The notes under the pieces: generated by a model
Told to the model about the DNA's origin: nothing
The model's input: the letters and a program-made list of their open reading frames with translations, nothing else
The model's database searches: none
Assembly (NCBI GenBank): GCA_963749075.1
Contig: CAVVLJ010000021.1
Location: forward strand, 96,001-160,000
DNA: 64,000 nucleotides
Source: an uncultured Pseudomonadota bacterium
Lineage (GTDB): Bacteria; Pseudomonadota; Alphaproteobacteria; JACZXZ01
Direction: 5' to 3'
Shown: positions 22,228-32,740 of the stretch, in pieces
Layout of the letters: each line of letters begins with the position of its first letter
Numbering within the stretch: position 1 is the first letter of the stretch
Made by a program: the position numbers and the translations under genes

Positions 22228-23426
22228 GCCCCAAGGCGCACGGCGAGGCGCACGGCGCGGAGACTCCCGGCGAGGACGAGCCCGGCTTGGCGGTCTACGT
22301 CCATTGGCCCTTCTGCCTCGCGAAATGCCCCTATTGCGATTTCAACAGCCACGTGCGCGCGCGCGTCGACGAGGCCCGCTGGCGCGCGGCACTCCTGGCC
22401 GAGCTCGACCATTACGCGGCCGAGACCGCGGGGCGCACCGTCACCAGCCTCTTCCTCGGCGGCGGCACGCCCTCGCTCATGGCGCCCGAGACCGTGGCCG
22501 CGATCATCGCGCGCGTCCTTGCGCGCTGGACGGCCGCCCCCGACATCGAGGTGACGCTCGAGGCCAACCCGACCTCGGTCGAGGCCGGCCGCTTCGCCGG
22601 CTATGCCGCGGCCGGCGTCAATCGCCTCTCGCTCGGCGTGCAGGCGCTCGACGATGCCTCGCTCGCCTTCCTCGGCCGCCGCCACTCGGCAGCCGAGGCG
22701 CTCGCCGCCGTGGCGCTCGCGGGGCGGCACTTCCCGCGCACGAGCTTCGATCTCATCTATGCGCGGCCCGGCCAGAGCGTCGCTGCCTGGTGCCATGAGC
22801 TCGCCCGTGCGCTTCCGCACGCACGCGGCCACCTCTCGGTCTATCAGCTCACCATCGAGCCGGAGACCGTGTTCGCGCAAGCCCATGCGCGAGGCGACTT
22901 CGTTCTCCCCGACGAGGGCACCGCGGCAGCACTCTACGAGGCGACCCAGGAGGTGCTCGAGCGTGCCGGCCTGCCGGCCTACGAGATCTCGAACCACGCA
23001 GCGCCCGGCCAGGAGTCGCGCCACAACCTCAGCTATTGGCGCTACGGCGATTACGTGGGCGTCGGCCCCGGCGCCCATGGGCGCTTGACGATCGACGGCA
23101 CGCGCTTCGCGACCCGCCAGCACCGTGCGCCCGAAGCCTGGCTCGAACGCGTCGAGCAGCACGGCCACGCCACGCGCACGCGCACGGCGCTCAGCGCGGA
23201 CGAGCTCGTGGAGGAGATGCTGATGATGGGCCTGCGCCTCGCCGAAGGCGTGAGCCGCAGGCGCTTCCGCTCGGTCACGGGCAGCGAGCTCGAGTCCGCG
23301 CTCGACGGCGCCCGCCTGGCGCGCCTCGCCGACGGCGGCTTCCTCGCGCTTGACGCCCGCGGCCTCCGCGCCACCGCCGCCGGCCGCCAGCGCCTCAACG
23401 CGGTGCTCGGGGCGCTCCTCGCGTAA
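22224..23426 (+). CDS. hemW: radical SAM heme chaperone
   Basis: [27 protein letters not shown]. Confidence 0.93.
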   Translation: MSPKAHGEAHGAETPGEDEPGLAVYVHWPFCLAKCPYCDFNSHVRARVDEARWRAALLAELDHYAAETAGRTVTSLFLGGGTPSLMAPETVAAIIARVLARWTAAPDIEVTLEANPTSVEAGRFAGYAAAGVNRLSLGVQALDDASLAFLGRRHSAAEALAAVALAGRHFPRTSFDLIYARPGQSVAAWCHELARALPHARGHLSVYQLTIEPETVFAQAHARGDFVLPDEGTAAALYEATQEVLERAGLPAYEISNHAAPGQESRHNLSYWRYGDYVGVGPGAHGRLTIDGTRFATRQHRAPEAWLERVEQHGHATRTRTALSADELVEEMLMMGLRLAEGVSRRRFRSVTGSELESALDGARLARLADGGFLALDARGLRATAAGRQRLNAVLGALLA

Positions 23427-23440
23427 AGGCGCGATCCGTT

Positions 23441-23570
23441 AGAGCATGATCCGATCAGGTTGAAACACCCGCCGTCACCCCGCGAAAGCGGGGGTCCAGA
23501 CGCTGCTGGATTCCCGCTTTCGCGGGAATGACGAGGTGCATATGCGATTCAATTTGACTGGATCACGCGC
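23441..23570. repeat. nested palindromic element: RPE/REP-like hairpin inside an AGAGCATGATCC..GGATCACGC palindrome
   Basis: inner GTCACCCCGCGAAAGCGGGGGTCCAG..CTGGATTCCCGCTTTCGCGGGAATGAC (23474-23532); outer arms 23441-23464 and 23548-23570. Confidence 0.85.
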
Positions 23571-23580
23571 CTGCTACCCC

Positions 23581-25047
23581 CTACTGCCCCGCGAAGCTGG
23601 TGGGCGCCGGGCTCACCACCTTGGGCGCGTCGCGCTGCACCTCGAGCACGGCTAAGCCGCGCTCATTGAGGCCGTCGGGGCGGAAGCGGAAGATGCCGTC
23701 GAGGCCGCTGAAGCCCTCGTCGCTGGTGAGCGCGTGGATGCTGAAATCGGGGCCGCCCTGGGCATGGTCGAGGGCCAGCGCCAGCGCGGTGGCGTCGTAG
23801 CCGAGGGTGGCGATGCGCGGCGGCTTGGCGCCGTAGAGCGCGGCATAGTGCTGCTCGAAGGTGGCGCGCGCCGCGGGCTCGGGTGCGGCGTACCAGCCGC
23901 CGACGAGGGCGGGCTCCGTGGCGAGGTGCCTATCGTCCCACAGGCCGGTGCCGAGGAGCCGCACGCGCGCGGGATCGATGTCGTAGTAGGGGAGGAGCGG
24001 TGCCAGGGCCAGGAGACGCTCGCCGCCCTCGGGCAGCATGATGGCGTCGAAGCCGACGCCGCCCACCCCCTCGTCGGCCTCGAGGCGCTGGAGGGCCTGC
24101 TTCGAGACCTCGTCGTCCTTCTTCTCGAGGACCTTCTTCTGGGCGAGGTAAGCGGCGTGCCGGCTCTCGTAATTGCCGAGCTGGCGCACCACCTGCGCGG
24201 CATCGCCGGCCCCGGGGTCGTAGGTCGCGATCTGGTCGATGTCGCCGCCCGCGTCGCTCACGGCGTCGCGGAGGAGCGCCGAGATGGCGTCGCCGTAGGG
24301 CGTGTCGGGCACGATCGCGGCGAAGCGGCTCAAGCCCTGCTCGTGGGCGTAGCTCACCACGCGCCGCACCTGGCTCCTCGGCAGGAAGCCCATGAGAAAG
24401 ACGCCCTGGCCGGCCGCGTGCTCGTCGGTCGAGAAGGCCACCACGCTGACGCCGGCAGCACGCGCAATGGGTGCCGCAGCCGTCACCTCGCCGGAGAAGA
24501 ACGGGCCGAGGATGAGGCGCGCGCCGGCGTCGAGCGCCGAGCGCGTGGCGCGCGCGGCACCGTCGGGCGTGCCCCCCGTATCGCGCGGCAGAAGTGCGAA
24601 GTGATCGCCTGCGATATCGAAGAGCGCCAGCTGCGCCGCATTGAGGAGGGCATTGCCGAGGGCAGCTCCCTGGCCGCTCAAGGGCAAGAGCAAGCCGACC
24701 TTGACGGTCTCGCCCTCGGCCAAGGGCGGCGGTGCGAGGCCCGGAGCGGCGCCCGGCACCGGGCTCGTCCCGGACGGCACCGGCTCGACGGTCACGGGTG
24801 CGACCGGCGCCGAGGCGGCCGGCGGCGAGCTCTCGGCGGGCGGCGGCGGCGGCACGGCGGCGGCCGGCGGCGGCGGCGCGCGCCGTGCCGGCGGCGTGGG
24901 CATCGTCGGCGTCCATTGCAGTTCGTGACCGCTCTCGGCTAGGCTTCGGTTCTGGCAGCCATCGAATGCCACGAGCGCGAGCCATGCCACGAGCAAGGCG
25001 CAGGCGCGGAGCGGCAGCGACCTCCCGGCTATCGCAAGGCAGCGCAA
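23581..25047 (-). CDS. penicillin-binding-protein activator (LpoA/LppC-like) lipoprotein
   Basis: hydrophobic signal ending in Cys, Pro-rich linker, KVGLLLPLSG..AAQLAL, LGTGLWD, GLDGIFRF; start approximate. Confidence 0.85.
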   Translation of the reverse strand: MRCLAIAGRSLPLRACALLVAWLALVAFDGCQNRSLAESGHELQWTPTMPTPPARRAPPPPAAAVPPPPPAESSPPAASAPVAPVTVEPVPSGTSPVPGAAPGLAPPPLAEGETVKVGLLLPLSGQGAALGNALLNAAQLALFDIAGDHFALLPRDTGGTPDGAARATRSALDAGARLILGPFFSGEVTAAAPIARAAGVSVVAFSTDEHAAGQGVFLMGFLPRSQVRRVVSYAHEQGLSRFAAIVPDTPYGDAISALLRDAVSDAGGDIDQIATYDPGAGDAAQVVRQLGNYESRHAAYLAQKKVLEKKDDEVSKQALQRLEADEGVGGVGFDAIMLPEGGERLLALAPLLPYYDIDPARVRLLGTGLWDDRHLATEPALVGGWYAAPEPAARATFEQHYAALYGAKPPRIATLGYDATALALALDHAQGGPDFSIHALTSDEGFSGLDGIFRFRPDGLNERGLAVLEVQRDAPKVVSPAPTSFAGQ

Positions 25048-25050
25048 CGA

Positions 25051-25982
<932 letters not shown>

Positions 25983-25986
<4 letters not shown>

Positions 25987-26405
25987 GCGACGCCCGGCGC
26001 CAGCGCGCCTACCGGCACGGCCGCTTCTCCGAGGCGCTCTGCCGCATCGTGCTGCGCGTCAAGGGCTATCGCATCCTCGCCTGCGGCTTCCGCGTGAAGG
26101 CGGGCGAGATCGACATCGTGGCGCAGCGGGGACAAACGCTTGCCATCGTCGAGGTGAAGGCGCGCGCCACGCTCGCCGATGCGGCGGAGGCGGTGGGCGC
26201 GCGCCAGCGCCGGCGCATCGCGCGCGCGGCGAGCGCCTTCCTCGCCCGCCATCCGCCGGCGCGCGGGCTTGCCGTGCGCTTCGACGTGATGCTGGTGCGG
26301 CGCTGGCGCCTGCCGCGCCACGTGACGAACGCGTGGCGGCTCGAGGACGCCTCGCTGCCGCGAGCGCGCACCCCTCACACGGCGCGTGACCGCGCGCGAT
26401 TTTGA
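25983..26405 (+). CDS. yraN: YraN family endonuclease-like protein
   Basis: GEIDIVA..IVEVKAR, RFDV. Confidence 0.9.
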
Positions 26406-26467
26406 CGCTAAGAATCGGGGACGCTAGGAATCGGGGACGCTAGGAATCGAGGACGCCAAGAGTCCGC
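26404..26467. repeat. four 16-bp tandem units, each containing GANTC
   Basis: GACGCTARGAATCGGG at 26404 and 26420, GACGCTAGGAATCGAG at 26436, degenerate GACGCCAAGAGTCCGC at 26452. Confidence 0.9.
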
Positions 26468-26496
26468 GGGAGCGGAAAGCGGGGGACGGCATCCGC

Positions 26497-27363
26497 ATGG
26501 AGACGTGGTCGAGCCAGGGAACGGGCGAGCCCGACGATCCGCGCGACTATCTGCGGCGCGTAGGCGCGCTGCCGGACGAGGCGATCGACCTTGCCGAGGC
26601 CGCACTCCGCCTGGCGTCGCTCGACCGGCCGCATGTGCCGCTCGAGCGCTACCGCCATCACTTGGCACTCCTCGTGCGCGACGTGGCGGAGGCGGGCCGC
26701 GGCAGCCTCGCAGCACACGACACGCTCGAGGCGCGCATCGCGGCGGTCAATCACGTGATGTACGCGCGCCACGGCTATCGCGGCGACAGCCTGCATTACG
26801 ACGACCTGCAGAACGCCAACCTGATGCGGGTGATCGACCGGAGGCGCGGCCTGCCGGTGTCGCTCAGCATCCTCTACATCCACCTGGCGCGCGCGCAGGG
26901 CTGGCAGGTGGCGGGCATCATGTTCCCGGCGCACTTCATGGTGCGCCTCGAGCACGGCGGCAGGCGCGCCATCATCGATCCCTTCAACGAGGGCGTCCTG
27001 CGCGAGGTCTCGGAGCTGCGCGAGATGCTCAAGTCGAGCCACGGCGAGGGCGCCGAGCTCAGCCCCAGCCACTATGCGCCGGTCGGCAACCGCGACGTCA
27101 TCATGCGGCTCCAGGGCAATCTCAAACTGCGCCTCTCCCAATCGGGCGACCATGCGCGGGCGCTCGCCGTCGTCGAGAGCATGCTGCTCTTCGCGCCCAA
27201 GGAGGCGAGCCTGTGGCACGAGGCGGGCGCCTTCAACGCCAAGCTCGGCAATCTGCGCGCGGCGATCGCAGCACTCGAGACGTTCCTCGGCAGCGCCGGG
27301 CAGGCCGGCGCCAAGCATCAGGCGGCCGCCCTCCTCCAGCAGCTGCGCGCGCGGCTCAACTAG
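26497..27363 (+). CDS. SirB1/transglutaminase-like TPR protein
   Basis: Y.D..NANL.RVIDRRRGLPVSL, FPAHF, IIDPFN, C-terminal TPR. Confidence 0.88.
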   Translation: METWSSQGTGEPDDPRDYLRRVGALPDEAIDLAEAALRLASLDRPHVPLERYRHHLALLVRDVAEAGRGSLAAHDTLEARIAAVNHVMYARHGYRGDSLHYDDLQNANLMRVIDRRRGLPVSLSILYIHLARAQGWQVAGIMFPAHFMVRLEHGGRRAIIDPFNEGVLREVSELREMLKSSHGEGAELSPSHYAPVGNRDVIMRLQGNLKLRLSQSGDHARALAVVESMLLFAPKEASLWHEAGAFNAKLGNLRAAIAALETFLGSAGQAGAKHQAAALLQQLRARLN

Positions 27364-27386
27364 CGGCGCGCGGCGAGTAGCGAGCC

Positions 27387-28352
27387 ATGAGCCTAGCGGT
27401 CGCCATCCAGATGGACCCCATCGAGTCGGTCAACATCGACACCGACAGCACCTTCGTCATGGCGCTCGAGGCGCAGCGGCGCGGCCACGCGCTCTGGCAC
27501 TATCTGCCGCAGCACCTCATGCTGCGCGACGGGCGGCTCTATGCGCGGGCGCGCCGGCTCGAGGTGCGGCGCCGGCAGGGCAATCACTTCACCCTCGGCG
27601 GCTTCGAGACGCTCGACCTCTCGACCATGGACATCGTGCTGATGCGCCAGGATCCGCCCTTCGACATGGCCTACATCACGGCGACCCATCTCCTCGAGCA
27701 CATCCAGCCCGAGACCCTCGTGCTCAACGACCCCGCGCACGTGCGCAACGCGCCCGAGAAGCTCTTCGTCACCCACTTCAGGGAGGTCATGCCGCCGACC
27801 CTGATCGCGAGCGACAAGCCCGCGATCGAGGCGTTCCGCGCCGAGCACGGCGACATCGTGCTGAAGCCGCTCTTCGGCAACGGCGGCTCGGACGTCTTCC
27901 ACCTGACGCCCGCGGACGAGAACTTCAACGCCCTCATCGAGCTCTTCACCCGGCTCTACCGCGAGCCCATCATCGTGCAGCGCTACATCCCCGAGGTGCG
28001 CCAGGGCGACAAGCGCATCGTGCTGGTCGACGGCGTGCCGCTGGGTGCGGTGTCGCGGGTGCCCAAGGCGGGCGAGGCGCGCGCCAACCTCCACGTCGGC
28101 GCCGTCGCGGTCAAGGCCGGGCTCAGCGCGCGCGACAAGGAGATCTGCTCGGCGATCGGCCCCACGCTCAAGGAGCACGGCCTCGTCTTCGTCGGCATCG
28201 ACGTGATCGGCGACTACCTCACCGAGATCAACGTCACCTCGCCGACCGGCATCCAGGAGATCAACCGCCTCGACGGCGTCGCCCTCGAGATCCCGCTCTG
28301 GGAGGCCATCGAGGCGCGCTTCCAGGCGCGCCACCCGCTCCGGCCGATGTGA
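27387..28352 (+). CDS. gshB: glutathione synthetase
   Basis: QMDP, MRQDPPFDMAY, NAPEK, EINVTSPTG. Confidence 0.97.
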   Translation: MSLAVAIQMDPIESVNIDTDSTFVMALEAQRRGHALWHYLPQHLMLRDGRLYARARRLEVRRRQGNHFTLGGFETLDLSTMDIVLMRQDPPFDMAYITATHLLEHIQPETLVLNDPAHVRNAPEKLFVTHFREVMPPTLIASDKPAIEAFRAEHGDIVLKPLFGNGGSDVFHLTPADENFNALIELFTRLYREPIIVQRYIPEVRQGDKRIVLVDGVPLGAVSRVPKAGEARANLHVGAVAVKAGLSARDKEICSAIGPTLKEHGLVFVGIDVIGDYLTEINVTSPTGIQEINRLDGVALEIPLWEAIEARFQARHPLRPM

Positions 28353-28420
28353 GGGGCGCGTAGAGCGGCGTGCGAGCGACGCCTCTTCCAATTTTTGGAA
28401 TTTTGTGCCATGCTTCGGCA

Positions 28421-28732
28421 ATGTTCGTCATCGGCACGGAGGTCGTCGAGCGCTACTTCAGAACTCACGCTGGCCACAAAGGGATCAAAACCGCGCGGAT
28501 GCAATACAACGCCTGGCTTGCCATTGCGGGCGGTGCTCGATGGCGCAACCCGGAGAATGTCAAGGCGTCCTATCCAAAAGCGAGCATTCTCAAGGGCAGC
28601 CGAGTGGTGTTCAACATCAAGGGCAATGACTACAGATTGATTGCGGCCGTTCAGTATCGGGCAGGAGTCCTGGCAATTCGATTCTTCGGGACCCATTCCG
28701 AGTACGATAAAGTCGACGCGGAGACCGTGTAA
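28421..28732 (+). CDS. higB: HigB-family toxin
   Basis: RVVFNIKGNDYRLI..IRFFGTHSEYDKVD. Confidence 0.92.
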   Translation: MFVIGTEVVERYFRTHAGHKGIKTARMQYNAWLAIAGGARWRNPENVKASYPKASILKGSRVVFNIKGNDYRLIAAVQYRAGVLAIRFFGTHSEYDKVDAETV

Positions 28733-29133
28733 TGGATGCAACCCTGATCTTGATCGAGAACGATGCGGAACTCGCCCGCGCTCGCGCACTCGTCGACCAG
28801 CTGTGGAACTCGAACGATCCGGCCAACAACGCCCGGTTGGAGGCACAAGCGCGCCTGATCGCCGCCTATGAGGAGAAGAAATGGCCTCGCCGGCAGCCGA
28901 GCGCGGCTGATCTGATCCGCCACCTCATGGACCAGCACGGCCTCACGCGCGCGGACCTGGTTCCGATCCTGGGCACTCCGAGCCGCGTGAGCGAGGTCCT
29001 GCGGGGCAAGAAGGGATTGAGCATGGCGATGGTGCAGCGTCTGCGCGCTCGTTTCCGCGTGCCGGCCAACGTGCTCCTTCCGCCTTTGCGGAAAACATCG
29101 GGAAAGCGCCCGACGAAGCGTGCCGCTGCCTGA
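28732..29133 (+). CDS. higA: HigA-family antitoxin
   Basis: LIAAYE, LMDQHGL..DL..LG..SRVSEVLRGKKGLS. Confidence 0.9.
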   Translation: MDATLILIENDAELARARALVDQLWNSNDPANNARLEAQARLIAAYEEKKWPRRQPSAADLIRHLMDQHGLTRADLVPILGTPSRVSEVLRGKKGLSMAMVQRLRARFRVPANVLLPPLRKTSGKRPTKRAAA

Positions 29134-29327
29134 CCCGAGCCGTAGCCTTGGAGATAGCTCGGCAGGGACGGCTAAGCCAAGCTCGCGACGGTGCTCGAGG
29201 AAAAAAGCGTTCCCGGCTTGAGGCTGCGCGCATCATGGCTCCGGATCGAGCATGAGGCTCACGGCGGCCCTCATGGCGTTCTTGCAGTGAGTACTGAATA
29301 TCAGTATATTCAGGGCTGGGGCAAGCG

Positions 29328-29594
29328 ATGGACTTCGAGTGGGACGACGCCAAGGAGCACGCCAACCGGAAGAAGCACGGCCTCGACTTCTGAACCGCCG
29401 CCAAGGTGTTCTTGGACCCGCACGTGATCGAGTTTGACGATCGCGGTGCCGACGGCAAGCTGCGCTTCAACGCGTTTGGCTTGGTCGAAGGCCGGATGCT
29501 CTTCGTGACTTGCACGATGAGAGCGGCCGTCGTCCGCATCATATCCGCCAGAGGGGCAGAGCCGCATGAAAAAAGGAAGTACCGCGAGCTTTAG
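29328..29594 (+). pseudogene. brnT: BrnT-family toxin with an in-frame TGA at codon 22 (29391-29393)
   Basis: MDFEWDDAKEHANRKKHGLDF*TAAKVF..RIISAR. Confidence 0.88.
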
Positions 29595-29922
29595 GCTCAA
29601 TCCGAAGAAGCCGCCAAGGACCGATTGGCGGACCTTCGACGCCATGAGCGAGGAGAAGCGCCATCAGGCGGCACTCTCCGACCCCGACTGTCCGCCCGCG
29701 ACCGAGGCGCAGCTTGCCGGCGCTCGCCGCGTCCCGACTGTCCGTGCCTTGCGCAAGAAGCTGAATGTGACGCAGGAGGAGTTCGCAGCGCGGTTCCACC
29801 TGCCGCTCGGTACCGTCCGCGACTGGGAGCAAGGCGCCCATCGGCCGGACAAGGCGGCTCAAGTGCTTCTGACAGTCATCGCGAAAGACCCCGACGCCGT
29901 GGCCCGCGCTCTCGAAAGTTAG
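29566..29922 (+). CDS. HTH antitoxin cognate to BrnT
   Basis: TDW..FDAMSE..AALSDPD, TQEEFAARF..GTVRDWEQG. Confidence 0.85.
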   Translation: MKKGSTASFRLNPKKPPRTDWRTFDAMSEEKRHQAALSDPDCPPATEAQLAGARRVPTVRALRKKLNVTQEEFAARFHLPLGTVRDWEQGAHRPDKAAQVLLTVIAKDPDAVARALES

Positions 29923-30039
29923 GGTAGCGGGAAATTGGAGAAAATGGCGCACTCAGAGTGGATTTCCCCCTCCCGGCGCGCCACCCTCTCGGGCCGGTGT
30001 GAGGGGCGCTAGGATCGGCGCCGCAGCCGAGCCTTACCA

Positions 30040-30273
30040 TCAGAGCAAATCCCGGAAATCCTCGACCGTCATGCCGGCCTGCCGGATGATGTTGCGGAGC
30101 GTTCCCGGCTTGAGGCTGCGCGTGCCATGGTAGGGCACCGTCACGGCGCGCAGGGGATCGCTTGGATGAGCGAGAATGTAATGGCTGCCTGACGTGCGTG
30201 CGATGACGAAGCCGGCGCGTCCAAGCGCGCGCAACACCTCACGGGCGGTCGCGACCGGCAGCCGGCCGCTCAT
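30040..30273 (-). CDS. hicA: HicA toxin
   Basis: GF..RTSGSH, VTVPYH..LKPGTLRNIIRQAG. Confidence 0.92.
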   Translation of the reverse strand: MSGRLPVATAREVLRALGRAGFVIARTSGSHYILAHPSDPLRAVTVPYHGTRSLKPGTLRNIIRQAGMTVEDFRDLL

Positions 30274-30500
30274 GCGGCAATGGTGATCTTCCGTACCCTC
30301 GGAGACGCATCGGAAGGGACCGGAAGCCCATGCTCGCGGCGGTACTCGAGGACCAGCCGGATGGCGTCCTCCGCCATCCTGAGTGCTTCCTCCTCGGTCT
30401 CGCCTTCGGTCGCCACCTCCGGAAGGGCCGGCACCGAGACCGTGAAGCCGCCCTCGGGCTGCGGCTCCAGCACAACCGTGAAGTCCCGCATTTCAGTCAT
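30270..30500 (-). CDS. hicB: HicB antitoxin
   Basis: EGGFTVSVPALP..TEGETEEEAL..AEDAI. Confidence 0.9.
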   Translation of the reverse strand: MTEMRDFTVVLEPQPEGGFTVSVPALPEVATEGETEEEALRMAEDAIRLVLEYRREHGLPVPSDASPRVRKITIAA

Positions 30501-30667
30501 TGCTGTTCGGCTGCTCCACGCGAGTTTGGCCCTGAACGAAATGGATCATACCATGCGCCAGCCCGTGCCGATATCGAATGACCTGCGCGGCAACGATGCG
30601 AAAGCTGGCGCCGCCCGATGCCGAGGCCTAAGATCGCGCGTGGGTTGAGGACGGGGGATGCCGTTCC

Positions 30668-32191
30668 ATGGTCGCGCGCATCAACACGGTCGCCTTTCAG
30701 GGCATCGACGTGCTGGCGATCGACGTCCAGGTGCAGATGGCGGGCGGCCTCCCGGCCTTCACGCTCGTGGGCCTGCCGGACAAGGCGGTCGCCGAATCGC
30801 GCGAGCGTGTGCGCGCGGCCCTTTCCGCCATGGGGTTGGCACTGCCGAGCGGGCGCATCACCATCAACCTGGCACCGGCCGACGTGCTCAAGGAGGGCAG
30901 CCACTTCGACCTGCCGATCGCCTTGGGCCTCCTCGTCGCCATGGGCGTGCTGCCCAAGGAGGAGATGGCGAGCTACACGGCCTTGGGCGAGCTCGGCCTC
31001 GACGGCTCGCTGGCACCGGTGGCGGGCGTGCTGCCCGCGGCGATCACCGCGTCGGCCCAGGGCCGCGGGCTCATCTGCCCGGCGCAGCAGGGCGGCGAGG
31101 CGGCCTGGGCGGGCGAGCTCGAGGTGCTGGCGCCCACCGATCTCATCGCCCTCGTCAACCACTTCAAGGGCACCCAGGTGCTGCCGCGGCCGGTGCCGCG
31201 CTTGGCCGACGGGCCCGAGCGCCTCCCCGACCTCAAGGACATCAAGGGCCAGGAGAGCGCCAAGCGCGCCCTCGAGCTGGCTGCGGCGGGGGCGCACAAC
31301 CTCCTCATGATCGGCCCGCCGGGTGCCGGCAAGTCGATGCTCGCGGCACGCCTTCCCGGCATCCTGCCGCCGCTCGATCCGGCCGAGGCGCTCGAGGTCT
31401 CGATGATCCACTCGATCGCGGGCGAGCTGAGCGAAGGCCGTCTCCTCCGCGCGCGGCCGTTCCGCGATCCGCACCATTCGGCGACGCTGCCCGCCCTCGT
31501 GGGCGGCGGCCAGCGCGCGCGGCCGGGCGAGGTGTCGCTCGCCCACCACGGCGTGCTCTTCCTGGACGAGCTCCCCGAATTCGCGCGCCAGAGCCTCGAG
31601 GCGCTGCGCCAGCCGATCGAGAGCGGGCGCGCCACCATCGCGCGCGCCAACCATCACGTCGCCTATCCGGCGCGCTTCCAGCTCGTGGCGGCGATGAACC
31701 CCTGCCGCTGCGGGCATCTGGATGATGCCGCGCTGGCGTGCGGCAGGGCGCCCAAATGCGCGCTCGAGTACCAGGCGCGCATCTCGGGTCCCCTCTTCGA
31801 CCGCATCGATCTCCACGTCGACGTGCCCGCGGTGAGCCCGGCCGATTTGAGCCTGCCGCCGCCCGCCGAGGGCTCGGCGCAAGTGGCGTCGCGGGTCGCA
31901 GCAGCCCGCGAGCGCCAGCGCCGCCGCTACCGGCGCCTCGGCGACGGAAGCGTGCCCATCCGCAGCAACGCCGAGGCGGACGGCCGGCTTCTCGAGGAAG
32001 TGGCGGCACCGGACGCCGAGGGGAGAGCGCTCCTCAACCAGGCGGCCGAGCGCATGAAGCTCTCGGCGCGCGGCTATCACCGCGTCCTGCGCGTGGCGCG
32101 CACGCTCGCCGACCTCGAGGACGCCGAGCGGGTGCGCCGCCTCCACATCGCCGAGGCGCTCTCCTACCGGCGCATAGCACTCGGGCGCTGA
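30668..32191 (+). CDS. comM: YifB/ComM Mg-chelatase-like ATPase
   Basis: VGLPDKAVAESRERV, GPPGAGKSML, LFLDELPEF, AMNPCRCG. Confidence 0.95.
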   Translation: MVARINTVAFQGIDVLAIDVQVQMAGGLPAFTLVGLPDKAVAESRERVRAALSAMGLALPSGRITINLAPADVLKEGSHFDLPIALGLLVAMGVLPKEEMASYTALGELGLDGSLAPVAGVLPAAITASAQGRGLICPAQQGGEAAWAGELEVLAPTDLIALVNHFKGTQVLPRPVPRLADGPERLPDLKDIKGQESAKRALELAAAGAHNLLMIGPPGAGKSMLAARLPGILPPLDPAEALEVSMIHSIAGELSEGRLLRARPFRDPHHSATLPALVGGGQRARPGEVSLAHHGVLFLDELPEFARQSLEALRQPIESGRATIARANHHVAYPARFQLVAAMNPCRCGHLDDAALACGRAPKCALEYQARISGPLFDRIDLHVDVPAVSPADLSLPPPAEGSAQVASRVAAARERQRRRYRRLGDGSVPIRSNAEADGRLLEEVAAPDAEGRALLNQAAERMKLSARGYHRVLRVARTLADLEDAERVRRLHIAEALSYRRIALGR

Positions 32192-32235
32192 AGGCTACGC
32201 GGCCGGCGCGCCACGGCCAGCGCCGCCGGGGTGCC

Positions 32236-32655
32236 TCACTCCGCGGGGCCGGCGAAGCACAGCAGATTGCCGTCCGCATCCCTGACGATGAAGTCCCTGG
32301 CACCCCAGGGCTGCTTCTTCAGCGTCTGATGGAAACCGGCGCCCGCCGCCTGAAACTCGAGGAAGAGCTGCTTGATCTCTTCGGCGGTGCCGACGGTGAT
32401 CGCCGCGGACAGCAAGCTCTCGCGCTCCCTCACCTCGTTGTCGATCAACGGCGCCGCGACGCAACGGAGATTGAGCCGCGCCGCGTCGCGCGCGACCTGG
32501 CCGTAGAAGGGCGGCTCGCCGTAGACGAAGGCGACCCTGAAGCCGAGCTTTTGCGTGAAGAAGTCGCATGACGCCTTGATGCCGGCGACGAACAACTGGG
32601 GCTCGGCGCCAGCCAGGACGGGCTTTGCCAACTCTTGCGACGCTTGGTCGGTCAT
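32236..32655 (-). CDS. VOC/glyoxalase family protein
   Basis: FFTQKLGF, QPWGARDFIVRDADGN. Confidence 0.85.
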   Translation of the reverse strand: MTDQASQELAKPVLAGAEPQLFVAGIKASCDFFTQKLGFRVAFVYGEPPFYGQVARDAARLNLRCVAAPLIDNEVRERESLLSAAITVGTAEEIKQLFLEFQAAGAGFHQTLKKQPWGARDFIVRDADGNLLCFAGPAE

Positions 32656-32740
32656 GGTCGCGAGTCCTTCCTTGAGCGCCGGCCAGCTCGCGAGCCTGGA
32701 TTGCCGGCAGAGCCCGACGCTGTCAATGCGCCAGCGGCCT

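Noticed and set aside
26404-26467. CRISPR array (also considered for the repeats at 39249 and 50783)
   Set aside because: Units are contiguous with no spacers, and no cas genes are present
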